Origin: a virus
DNA: 64,000 nucleotides
Reading direction: 5' to 3' (one strand)
Virus record (IMG/VR): IMGVR_UViG_3300045996_001242
Coordinates: 1-64,000 of that record
The stretch's first letter is position 1. The number at the start of each line of letters is the position of its first letter. Below the pieces are notes generated by a model. It made no database searches. It saw nothing but the letters and a program-made list of their open reading frames with translations, and was not told where the DNA came from. Made by a program: the position numbers and the translations under genes. This document shows, in pieces, positions 1 through 6,944 of this stretch.

Positions 1-159
1 CAGCTTGATGAAGGTCCCGTTGACGGTCCGGCCGACGTCCAGCCACAGCTGGCTCTTCGGCTTGTCGCCATTCGGGGTATTCTGGCCGGCGAACGGCGTG
101 CTGCGACGGCCGTTCTGGGGCTGGTTGTTCTGCTGGTTGAAGTCGATCGTAACGCCCAT
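1..159 (-). CDS. N4 gp2-like ssDNA-binding transcription activator (5' part only, runs off the window)
   Basis: Hand translation MGVTIDFNQQNNQPQNGRRSTPFAGQNTPNGDKPKSQLWLDVGRTVNGTFIKL. DKPKSQLWLDVG resembles the N4 gp2 DRPKAKYWLNIG motif as recalled. AGGAG RBS; lies directly behind a hairpin promoter. Confidence 0.7.
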   Translation of the reverse strand, partial: MGVTIDFNQQNNQPQNGRRSTPFAGQNTPNGDKPKSQLWLDVGRTVNGTFIKL

Positions 160-184
160 GGTGTGGTAGCTCCTGTGATGGCGT

Positions 185-217
185 GTTGAATGGATCTGAA
201 GGCGCGCAAGCGCCCCC
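185..217 (-). promoter_or_regulatory. Putative virion-RNAP hairpin promoter (template is the + strand)
   Basis: GTTGAA-N8-AAGGCGC-GCAA-GCGCCC. A near-identical copy is at 1758-1787. Both lie upstream of early minus-strand genes. Confidence 0.7.
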
Positions 218-249
218 AGCAAAGCGAATTGTGGGTTGGTGGGAGGACC

Positions 250-459
250 TTAGACGAGGTCCAGCATGCCTCGAGAGAGGCGACGTTCTTGGTCGACGAC
301 CATGTAGAATGTGCCGCCGTGGTCGTCGCAGCTGAACTCGTTCAGCCATTTGCAGACGCCCTCGGCCTCAGCCTTTTTCTCGTCGGGGATGCGCTCGACG
401 AGGAGCTCATCAGCGACGGTATCGCGGTTGAAGTTGTCGACGCCGATGATCTTGAGCAT
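250..459 (-). CDS. Early hypothetical protein (69 aa)
   Basis: ORF with GAGGAG RBS and phage-typical codon usage, in the early gene run. Confidence 0.7.
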   Translation of the reverse strand: MLKIIGVDNFNRDTVADELLVERIPDEKKAEAEGVCKWLNEFSCDDHGGTFYMVVDQERRLSRGMLDLV

Positions 460-462
460 GGC

Positions 463-630
463 TCAGCTCTCCTCGTAGAGGTTGTTGAAACCCGCCTCGA
501 TCCGGCCGCTGGCACATTGGCCATAGCCTCGGCGAAGCAGGTTCCAAGCGATGCAGTGATGGTTCAGCCACAGCCAATTGTAGTAATCGGCGATGTGCTG
601 GCATGGGATCGGCGGGATCTCGATGAACAT
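463..630 (-). CDS. Early hypothetical protein (MFIEIPP..., 55 aa)
   Basis: AGGAG RBS before ATG at 630; packed between neighbours. Confidence 0.6.
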   Translation of the reverse strand: MFIEIPPIPCQHIADYYNWLWLNHHCIAWNLLRRGYGQCASGRIEAGFNNLYEES

Positions 631-644
631 AGGATGCTCCTGGT

Positions 645-833
645 TCAGCCGTGGACCAAACGCCTCAGACGGGCCTGGCGCTCCTTGCGCCGGCGGTTGT
701 TCCAACGCTCACGTTTAGCGTCGGCGTTGACGTAGCTCACGATCCCGATGACGGCCGCGGTGAGGACGCAGCCGATCAGGAACGCAGTGAAGGTCCAGAC
801 GAAGAGGACCGGGACATCGGCGATGATGCTCAT
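645..833 (-). CDS. Small early membrane protein (1 TM, basic tail)
   Basis: MSIIADVPVLFVWTFTAFLIGCVLTAAVIGIVS; start overlaps the upstream stop (ATGA). Confidence 0.65.
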   Translation of the reverse strand: MSIIADVPVLFVWTFTAFLIGCVLTAAVIGIVSYVNADAKRERWNNRRRKERQARLRRLVHG

Positions 834-949
834 GATGCCTGGTTCTCCTGGATCTGCGCCAGCACTGCGTCGCCGACCCATACCGCCGAAGCGATGATGC
901 CGAGCGAGAGTGCAAGTGCGACAAGGATGTAGCGCAGGTTACCAGACAT
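830..949 (-). CDS. Small early membrane peptide (39 aa)
   Basis: MSGNLRYILVALALSLGIIASAVWVGDAVLAQIQENQAS; overlaps both neighbours. Confidence 0.55.
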   Translation of the reverse strand: MSGNLRYILVALALSLGIIASAVWVGDAVLAQIQENQAS

Positions 950-1124
950 GGCCTGCGTCCCTGATCTGGCGATCGTCGTCCACGAGCTCGAGGCCGTGGA
1001 AGTCGTTGAGCTCATCAGCCCGGAACGCGTCCCAGTCCTCTTCGAGGATGAGCTCGTCGGGATCAGAGACAACGGCGACCTCGGACACGGCGGCAACAAG
1101 CGCTGCGATTGCGATAGAGCGCAT
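939..1124 (-). CDS. Early acidic hypothetical protein (61 aa)
   Basis: GGAG RBS; hydrophobic N-terminus followed by an acidic region. Confidence 0.6.
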   Translation of the reverse strand: MRSIAIAALVAAVSEVAVVSDPDELILEEDWDAFRADELNDFHGLELVDDDRQIRDAGHVW

Positions 1125-1200
1125 TGGTATTCTCCATATTTAAGGGGATTATCGTTGATAATCAGATGGACTGAGCGAGCTGCATCAGCCCTTGCTGCAT

Positions 1201-1317
1201 CCAATCACTGGTTCGACCTTGGGGAGACTGGCTCGTGGAGGGAGCGAGCACGGCTCATCGGTTCGACTAGCGACATCGTGGCAAAGGTGATGCAGCCGGC
1301 TCAGGCCAGCTGATTGG
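1201..1317. ncRNA. Candidate structured sRNA in the early region
   Basis: Closing stem CCAATCA-CTGG (1201-1211) / CCAG-C-TGATTGG (1306-1317). Internal hairpin GCTCG-TGGAGGGAG-CGAGC (loop CUCCCUCCA on minus). No credible ORF. Confidence 0.4.
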
Positions 1318-1377
1318 TGATTATCGAGAAAAGGATTAACAGATTAATCAGATAATCTGTCTATCCTCGGATTGGGG

Positions 1378-1405
1378 CAACCCCGGAGCCGGAGCTCCGG
1401 AGTTG
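1378..1405 (-). terminator. Stable hairpin after the gp1-like gene
   Basis: Minus strand CAACTCCGGAGC-TCCG-GCTCCGGGGTTG with a UNCG-type loop; no clear U tract. Confidence 0.45.
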
Positions 1406-1408
1406 GGA

Positions 1409-1744
1409 TTAGGGCTTGGTTTCGGCGAAGAGCGACTCGAGGTGAGCTACGATTTTGTTGTAGCGTTCGGCGCCGGCTGTGTTCCCCGCGTACTGAGCGA
1501 GGATCTTGGCCTCAGTGGCCTCACGTTCGAGGGCATGCTCGCGGATCTGGGTCTCGAGCCAGCCGTCATCTTCGATGAGATGCAGCTTGCGCTGCTGGTC
1601 CTTGGCACGCTGGACATAGGCGTCAAGCATGTCGATGGACGAGGCAGCTGCGTCCACGGTCTTGGCGATCATGGTAGCACCAGAGCCAATGGTGCCGAGC
1701 AGGGTAACGATTGTGCCTGATGTGGCACGAGCAACAGTGGTCAT
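1409..1744 (-). CDS. N4 gp1-like early protein
   Basis: TLLGTIGSGATMIAKTVDAAASSIDMLDAYVQRAKDQQR resembles N4 gp1 as recalled. First gene after the hairpin promoter; GGAGG RBS favours ATG 1744 over 1756. Confidence 0.7.
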   Translation of the reverse strand: MTTVARATSGTIVTLLGTIGSGATMIAKTVDAAASSIDMLDAYVQRAKDQQRKLHLIEDDGWLETQIREHALEREATEAKILAQYAGNTAGAERYNKIVAHLESLFAETKP

Positions 1745-1757
1745 GATGACCTCCATG

Positions 1758-1787
1758 GTTGAACACTCACAAGGCGCGTAAGCGCCC
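1758..1787 (-). promoter_or_regulatory. Putative virion-RNAP hairpin promoter
   Basis: GTTGAA-N7-AAGGCGC-GTAA-GCGCCC, matching the copy at 185-217. Confidence 0.7.
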
Positions 1788-2365
1788 AGCGATGCGAACC
1801 AGGAAAAGAAGGGGGGAGGTGTCCTGGTGTGAGGTGTGAATGACCCGGGGGGGATATCCCTAATTGAAACGGGACCCCCGGGTGTGAATACTACCTGAGC
1901 ACGTCTCCACGCAAAAATCCCATAATGCCAAAAATCCAGATAATCATTATAGTGATTATCAGGGCATTATCGTTAATAATGAGATAATCGGAGCCATGAG
2001 AGCGCCCTAAGATCGGGTCCTGATTATCTGATTATCAAAAAAATAGCGCAGGAATTTTATATAATGATTTTCGATTCGCTCTGATAATGACTCCCGAGCG
2101 GAGGGGATCCAGGTTCATTTCCCTGGTTCCGCCCTGCGAGGTGACCTACTATCGCGTATCTCAGATACGAATTGGTTATGATTCTCAATCCCTTGAGTGG
2201 GAGAGTCCCCCTAGCCCTGGCCTGGCGATTGAAGGCATAGCTTCGCCCGTCCGTCTTTTTTTCCTCTTGATTTTTCTTCCGGTGGTTTAAGCCCGGTGGA
2301 AGGTTTCAGAGGGAAAGACAGAGGTAGGGGGTGGGTTGCCCCGTTTCGGAGAGGAGGGGGGTATA

Positions 2366-2397
2366 ACGAAAAGAAGAGGGGGCCGTAAAGCCCCCTC
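2366..2397 (-). terminator. Intrinsic terminator of the minus-strand spanin unit
   Basis: GAGGGGGC-N6-GCCCCCTC stem followed on minus by TTCTTTTCG. Confidence 0.65.
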
Positions 2398-2424
2398 ATG
2401 AAGTTTCTTTCGATTATATGATTT

Positions 2425-2556
2425 TCAAGTTAATGGCCAGGGCAGGAGCCGCCACGGATCGTGCATGTGCTTCACCATCAGCAGGGCGATGAGAATGAAG
2501 ACTAGCGCCCAGAGGGCGAGGGTAAACCCTGTCCGCGTGAGCTTAGTGGTAGACAT
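2425..2556 (-). CDS. Small membrane protein (43 aa, 1 TM)
   Basis: MSTTKLTRTGFTLALWALVFILIALLMVKHMHDPWRLLPWPLT. Confidence 0.5.
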   Translation of the reverse strand: MSTTKLTRTGFTLALWALVFILIALLMVKHMHDPWRLLPWPLT

Positions 2557-2782
2557 AGGACGCCCAGATCCCCGAGTGGACGTCCACCTGGTAGAAGCCC
2601 ACCTGCTTATTGCCGCATAGCATCCAGCGGGCTTTGTGCAGCTCATCCAGGTCCACCCCTTTGCCCTCATCGTCGAGGGCCAGGAAGACGTCCACCTCGA
2701 GGCCGTTGTTCAGGCGGACGGTCGGCACCCACTCCTCGTCCTCTCCCTCGAGCTCGTCTTCGTCATCCAGCTCCAGGTCCAT
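2543..2782 (-). CDS. Acidic hypothetical protein (79 aa)
   Basis: Start coupled to the o-spanin stop; highly acidic N-terminus. Confidence 0.6.
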   Translation of the reverse strand: MDLELDDEDELEGEDEEWVPTVRLNNGLEVDVFLALDDEGKGVDLDELHKARWMLCGNKQVGFYQVDVHSGIWASYVYH

Positions 2783-3087
2783 CAGCGCTTACCCCGCGGC
2801 GCCGCGTCGAAGCCGGCTTTCAGCTGGGCGATATAGGCCAGGAGCGCGTCGACGTTCCCGAAGCAGGCCGCGAGCCGGACGCGATCGGCTTCCCAGTAGG
2901 ACTCGACCTCGGCCCTGGTGAGATCCCGGGACGGGAGGACGGTTGCCTGCTTGCAGTTGGCGTCCTTGTCTGTCGGCGCGTTCGAGAGGTCGAGCCGGGC
3001 CCTAGCGGATCCGGTTGAGGCGCTGCACGCTGCCAGCGTCAAGGCCAAGCTCGCTGCCGCGAGGATCAGCGGCACGTGCCGCAGCAT
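2782..3087 (-). CDS. o-spanin (Rz1-like outer-membrane lipoprotein)
   Basis: Signal peptide with lipobox LAAC and two further Cys; overlaps the 3' end of the i-spanin in another frame. Start uncertain (3087/3102/3108). Confidence 0.7.
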   Translation of the reverse strand: MLRHVPLILAAASLALTLAACSASTGSARARLDLSNAPTDKDANCKQATVLPSRDLTRAEVESYWEADRVRLAACFGNVDALLAYIAQLKAGFDAAPRGKR

Positions 3088-3370
3088 TTTCTGCAAGTGC
3101 ATTCTCAAGTTCCTTGTTCTTTGCGGTGAGGGCCGCGACGCGCTCGGCGTAGACGCGGTCAGCCTGCTCGACGGCGCGATCGTTGGCCGCTTCGGTCAGC
3201 TGAATCTGGTGGAGGTAGTGACGCTCGGCTTTCTGGAAGCCCTGGTTGAAGACGTGCGTGTAGGCCGCGACGCAGACGCCGCCGATCGCCGCGACCTTAG
3301 TGATGGTGCCCCGGTGCTTCTTGAGGAAGCGCCAGGCCTGGAGGCCTAGGGCTAGGCTGTGGCTGCTCAT
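3002..3370 (-). CDS. i-spanin (Rz-like)
   Basis: N-terminal TM, Ala-rich coiled coil and GLDAGSVQRLNRIR C-terminus; overlapped by a lipoprotein gene. Confidence 0.7.
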   Translation of the reverse strand: MSSHSLALGLQAWRFLKKHRGTITKVAAIGGVCVAAYTHVFNQGFQKAERHYLHQIQLTEAANDRAVEQADRVYAERVAALTAKNKELENALAENAAARAADPRGSELGLDAGSVQRLNRIR

Positions 3371-3473
3371 ATTCTCATAATCCGTTCAAAATAGGGTCTT
3401 GCATTATTCACCTAATGGTGCTCTAAAACCCAAGCTGATTATTCGATAACCCAACGACATTAGCAAGGAAAAT

Positions 3474-3761
3474 ATGAGCATGGATTTCTCCGATGCGCTT
3501 CGTCAGCTGAAGGCGGGGCAGCGCGTGGCCCGCGCCGGCTGGAACGGCAAGGGCATGTGGATCTGCCTGGGCAAGGGCCTCGACGCCAACCCGGCGCAGA
3601 ACTTCTGGAACACGCACACCCGCGAGCATGCCGAGCAGAACGGCGGGTTCGCCAAGGTCCTTCCCTACATCATCATGAAGACCGCCGACGACGCGATCCT
3701 CATGGGCTGGCTGGCGAGCCAGAGCGATGTCCTGGCCGACGACTGGGAGCTGGTCCAATGA
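3474..3761 (+). CDS. tad2: Tad2-like (DUF2829) cyclic-nucleotide sponge / anti-defence protein
   Basis: MDFSDALRQLKAGQRVARAGWNGKGMW...MKTADD..GWLASQSDVLADDW matches the Tad2 pattern F.EAL..LK.G..V.R.GWNGK...KTAD...W..SQTD.LA.DW. Confidence 0.85.
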   Translation: MSMDFSDALRQLKAGQRVARAGWNGKGMWICLGKGLDANPAQNFWNTHTREHAEQNGGFAKVLPYIIMKTADDAILMGWLASQSDVLADDWELVQ

Positions 3762-4261
3762 GCCACAAGGTAGCCCACGGCGGCGTAGCCGAGATCGAGC
3801 TCTCCGAACGCGCGACCGGCCCGCGCGTGACTCTCGCCCAGGTCGAGGCGGCTATCGCCAGTGAGCATTACTTCACCGCCTATGATGGGGCGTATGGCGC
3901 GACCATCGACTTCGCGATCGAGGACGTGCCCGAGGACCTACGGCTCCTGACCTTCTGCGTCCTCCGGCTGAAGAACGGCTACACCGTCCACGGCACGAGC
4001 GCCTGCGCGGATCCGGCCAACTACAAGAAGGACATCGGCGAGCGCATCGCCCGCGAGAACGCGGTCCGGCAGATCTGGCCGCTCATGGGCTACGAGCTGA
4101 AGACCCAACTCTTCACCCTCTCCCAGGGAGCCGGCCGGCCAGAGGGCGCGAGCGAGGCGCAGCCGAGCGAAGCAAGCCCGGCGGCCGCGGCGGCGACCGA
4201 CCTGATGGACGTCGACCAACTCGACCGATTCAGCAAGCTCAACAATCAGTGGGTGGTCTGA
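3758..4261 (+). CDS. tad1: Tad1-like (Phage_gp49_66 family) cyclic-nucleotide sponge
   Basis: LTFCVLRLKNGYTVHGTSACADPANYKKDIGERIARENAVRQIWPLMGYEL matches the gp49/Tad1 pattern L.NGF.V.G.SAC..P.N....IG...A......IW.L.GY.L. ATG overlaps the tad2 stop. Confidence 0.75.
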   Translation: MSHKVAHGGVAEIELSERATGPRVTLAQVEAAIASEHYFTAYDGAYGATIDFAIEDVPEDLRLLTFCVLRLKNGYTVHGTSACADPANYKKDIGERIARENAVRQIWPLMGYELKTQLFTLSQGAGRPEGASEAQPSEASPAAAAATDLMDVDQLDRFSKLNNQWVV

Positions 4262-4263
4262 GC

Positions 4264-4455
4264 ATGGCCATCCCGAGCGAGCCCCCCACCGACCAGCGGG
4301 AACGGGCGATCTGGACGATCCGTCGCCTGACCAAGGCGGTCACCGGCAAGGAGATGTCCCAGGCTGAGGCCGAGCAGCTCTACGCCAAGGCCGAGGCGCA
4401 GATGACGGCCGCCATGGCGAGCGTGACTCCCAAACCCCCGGGGAGCCAGGAATGA
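4264..4455 (+). CDS. Small hypothetical protein, ERAIWT paralogue 1
   Basis: MAIPSEPPTDQRERAIWTIRR...; stop coupled to the next gene. Confidence 0.65.
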   Translation: MAIPSEPPTDQRERAIWTIRRLTKAVTGKEMSQAEAEQLYAKAEAQMTAAMASVTPKPPGSQE

Positions 4456-4985
4456 ATGACAGCTCCCGCTTCGCTCGCTTCATGGCGATCGTCGTGGCTC
4501 TGACCTGCCTCGCGATCGGCGGCCTGGTCGCCTACGCATCCCCCGTCCACGCCAAGGCGAACGTCGACGACCCGCCGGGCTGCAACAAAGACCCCTGCGT
4601 CATCCAGCATGACGGTGGCGGCTTCGTCGAGAAGTACGAGCACCTCGCCTGGCGCCTCAAGCAGACCGGCTGGAAGCTCTCGATCGACGGGGAGTGCTAC
4701 TCGGCCTGCGTCATCCTCGCGGACAAGGCGCGTCCGAACGTCTGCCTCACCCACAAGGCCCGCTTCTTCATCCACCAGACCAAGGGTGAAGAGAAGCGGC
4801 CGAACGGGGAGTACGAGCCCGTCCGCCGCCCCTACGAGGGCTACTCCGAAGACATCAACGAATGGATCGAGTTCAACGGCGGGCAGCCCATCACCGGCTG
4901 GCTCTACATGGAATTCCTCGAGGCCCGGAAGTTCTGGCCGGCGTGCGGCGCGAGCTTCTTCAACGCGAGGACGACCGATGAGTAA
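4452..4985 (+). CDS. Exported protein, probable ClpP/crotonase-like fold (alphaproteobacterial family)
   Basis: Signal peptide/TM; motifs DGGG, IDGECYSAC and CL...ARFFIH resemble a Rhizobiales exported family as recalled. Confidence 0.6.
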   Translation: MNDSSRFARFMAIVVALTCLAIGGLVAYASPVHAKANVDDPPGCNKDPCVIQHDGGGFVEKYEHLAWRLKQTGWKLSIDGECYSACVILADKARPNVCLTHKARFFIHQTKGEEKRPNGEYEPVRRPYEGYSEDINEWIEFNGGQPITGWLYMEFLEARKFWPACGASFFNARTTDE

Positions 4986-5163
4986 GGATGCCCCCAGGGA
5001 CGAGGACGAGCGGGCCATCTGGACCAAAGAGATCCCTATCGAGCTCGCCGTACGCGCGCTGCAGCGGATGTTCCACACCTTCAGTGGCGTGGATCTTCCG
5101 GAAGAGAACGCCAAAGCCCTTCTCGAACAAACAAAGAACGAGACGAATGAAGATCGCGATTGA
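4978..5163 (+). CDS. Small hypothetical protein, ERAIWT paralogue 2
   Basis: MSKDAPRDEDERAIWTKEIP...; GAGG RBS. Confidence 0.6.
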   Translation: MSKDAPRDEDERAIWTKEIPIELAVRALQRMFHTFSGVDLPEENAKALLEQTKNETNEDRD

Positions 5164-5494
5164 CTACGACCTGACCTTCTCCCTGGATCCCCACTTCTGG
5201 CGAGCCTTCGTCGAGCTCGTCGTACGGCATGGCCATGAGTGCCGCTGCGTCACCATCCGCGACGATCGCTTCGATCGTACGGCGCCCCTCGTCGACGTCG
5301 AGCAGCTCATGCGGGTCCACTACACCCGGGGTGTCGCCAAGCGCCACCACATGGCCTCGGACCCCGACGCCAGCGACTGGGTTCCGGATGTCTGGATCGA
5401 CGACAAGCCCGAGTCGATCGTGAACAACTCTCCGACCACGCGAGACAAGCTGATCGAGTGGCGCGCGAACCGCGGCGAGGGCCCTTCACTGTGA
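5147..5494 (+). CDS. Minimal HAD-superfamily phosphatase
   Basis: MKIAIDYDLT (motif I DxD), CVTIR (motif II), K, and VWIDDKP (motif IV). Confidence 0.75.
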   Translation: MKIAIDYDLTFSLDPHFWRAFVELVVRHGHECRCVTIRDDRFDRTAPLVDVEQLMRVHYTRGVAKRHHMASDPDASDWVPDVWIDDKPESIVNNSPTTRDKLIEWRANRGEGPSL

Positions 5495-6069
5495 CCACGG
5501 TTGCCTACCGCGACGGCGTTCTCGCCACCGACAGCCGCGGGGTGTCGGGCGACATTATCGCCGACAACCACTGCCAGAAGCTGTTCGTCATGCAGGATGG
5601 CAGCCTCGTCGCCGCGGCCGGCAACTACAGCCTGATCTGGGCCTTCGTGAACTGGATGTACGAGGGCGACGAGAAGGTCGACAGGCCCGAGGTCCGCGAG
5701 AGGGACACGGCCGTCATCATCCATCTCGATGCCGCCGGCAGGTTATGGGAGTTCGAGGGCCACGACTGGGCGCCCTGCGTGGCCCCCTTCTATGCCTGGG
5801 GCAGTGGGGCAATGGCCGCGCTCGCCGCCATGCACCTCGGCGCTACCGCGGAAGAAGCCGTGCTGACGGCAATCCAGGTCGACCCGAACTCGGGCGGGGC
5901 CGTCCAGGCCAAGCGCCTGGTCGATAGCGTTGCCACCGTCGCTGAAAATGAAAGGGCCGAGTCCCGGGTGAAAGGAGGAAAGCCCCGGAAACTCGGCCCA
6001 CGTCCTCAGCGGCGGAAACCCACAAACGCCGCGAGGGAAGCAAATTCCTTGATAATCGAAAACGATTAA
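5491..6069 (+). CDS. Ntn-hydrolase, HslV/proteasome-beta-like peptidase
   Basis: GTG start then TTVAYRDGVLATDSR, QKLF, AWGSG and DPNSGG, typical of the HslV/beta-subunit fold with an N-terminal Thr nucleophile. Confidence 0.75.
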   Translation: MTTVAYRDGVLATDSRGVSGDIIADNHCQKLFVMQDGSLVAAAGNYSLIWAFVNWMYEGDEKVDRPEVRERDTAVIIHLDAAGRLWEFEGHDWAPCVAPFYAWGSGAMAALAAMHLGATAEEAVLTAIQVDPNSGGAVQAKRLVDSVATVAENERAESRVKGGKPRKLGPRPQRRKPTNAAREANSLIIEND

Positions 6070-6134
6070 GTGGTGGTGGGTCAGGAATATGGATATAATG
6101 ATTACCACAAAAATAAGCTGACGCAAGGCAGATA

Positions 6135-6944
6135 ATGACGACCCCCTCGCTTTTTAACGCGCCACCGCTGCAGTTCCCGGCCCCGAAGCCGGCCGCTCCC
6201 GTCGAGCCCGCTCCGGCTGAGACTGCTCCTACGCCGGCACCAGCTTCCTCTTCCCTGGTTCCGCTGACCGAGGACGACGTCAAGCGCGCCCTGCCGGCGC
6301 ATCTGCGCGCGTCAGTGACCCAGTCGATGGTTGACACGCTCAACCAGATCACGGCCGACCCGCTCGTCGCCGAGCAGATCCGCGGCAACTTCCTGGGCTA
6401 CTCGGGGGTCCTCAAGGAGGGGAAGTTCAAGACCGAGGATTACATCCACGCGGTCGCCTACGTCTCCTACAAGCTGATGGGCTACAACAACGAGGACAGC
6501 TACGCGCGGACCTTCCCGCAGCGCTATGCGACGCTCCTCGCCAAGGGCACCTCCAAGAAGGACATCTCGGCCTACGTCTCGGCTTATCACCGCGGCAAGC
6601 TCGTGAACCTCATCATGGAGCAATCCCTGGTTCCGACCTGGGTGCTCAACCAGGATCTCTTCCAGAAGGCGCTCAACGTCCAGGCCGATCTGATGCTCAA
6701 CGCCAACAGCGAGAAGGTGCGCGTCGAGGCGGCCAACTCGCTGCTGACGCACCTCAAGAAGCCGGAGGCCAAGGGCGAGTTCCAGATCAACATCGGCGCT
6801 CCGGACAACTCGGGCATGGGCGAGATGCGGGCTACCCTCGAGGAGCTGGCCCGGCAGCAGCGCGAGCTCATCGAGAAGGGCGCCATGAAGACGATCGACG
6901 TCGCCGGCGCCCGCCTGGTGAAGACGGAAGATCCGTCCAAATGA
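6135..6944 (+). CDS. Terminase small subunit (N4 gp69-like)
   Basis: Immediately upstream of TerL; SEKVRVEAANSLLTHLKKPE motif typical of N4-like phages. Confidence 0.75.
   Translation: MTTPSLFNAPPLQFPAPKPAAPVEPAPAETAPTPAPASSSLVPLTEDDVKRALPAHLRASVTQSMVDTLNQITADPLVAEQIRGNFLGYSGVLKEGKFKTEDYIHAVAYVSYKLMGYNNEDSYARTFPQRYATLLAKGTSKKDISAYVSAYHRGKLVNLIMEQSLVPTWVLNQDLFQKALNVQADLMLNANSEKVRVEAANSLLTHLKKPEAKGEFQINIGAPDNSGMGEMRATLEELARQQRELIEKGAMKTIDVAGARLVKTEDPSK

Noticed and set aside
1930-1960. Fur box (GATAATCATTAT)
   Set aside because: Only a partial match. The recurring motif is ATTATC-N2-3-GATAAT, a different geometry from the 19-bp Fur box, so iron regulation is not supported.
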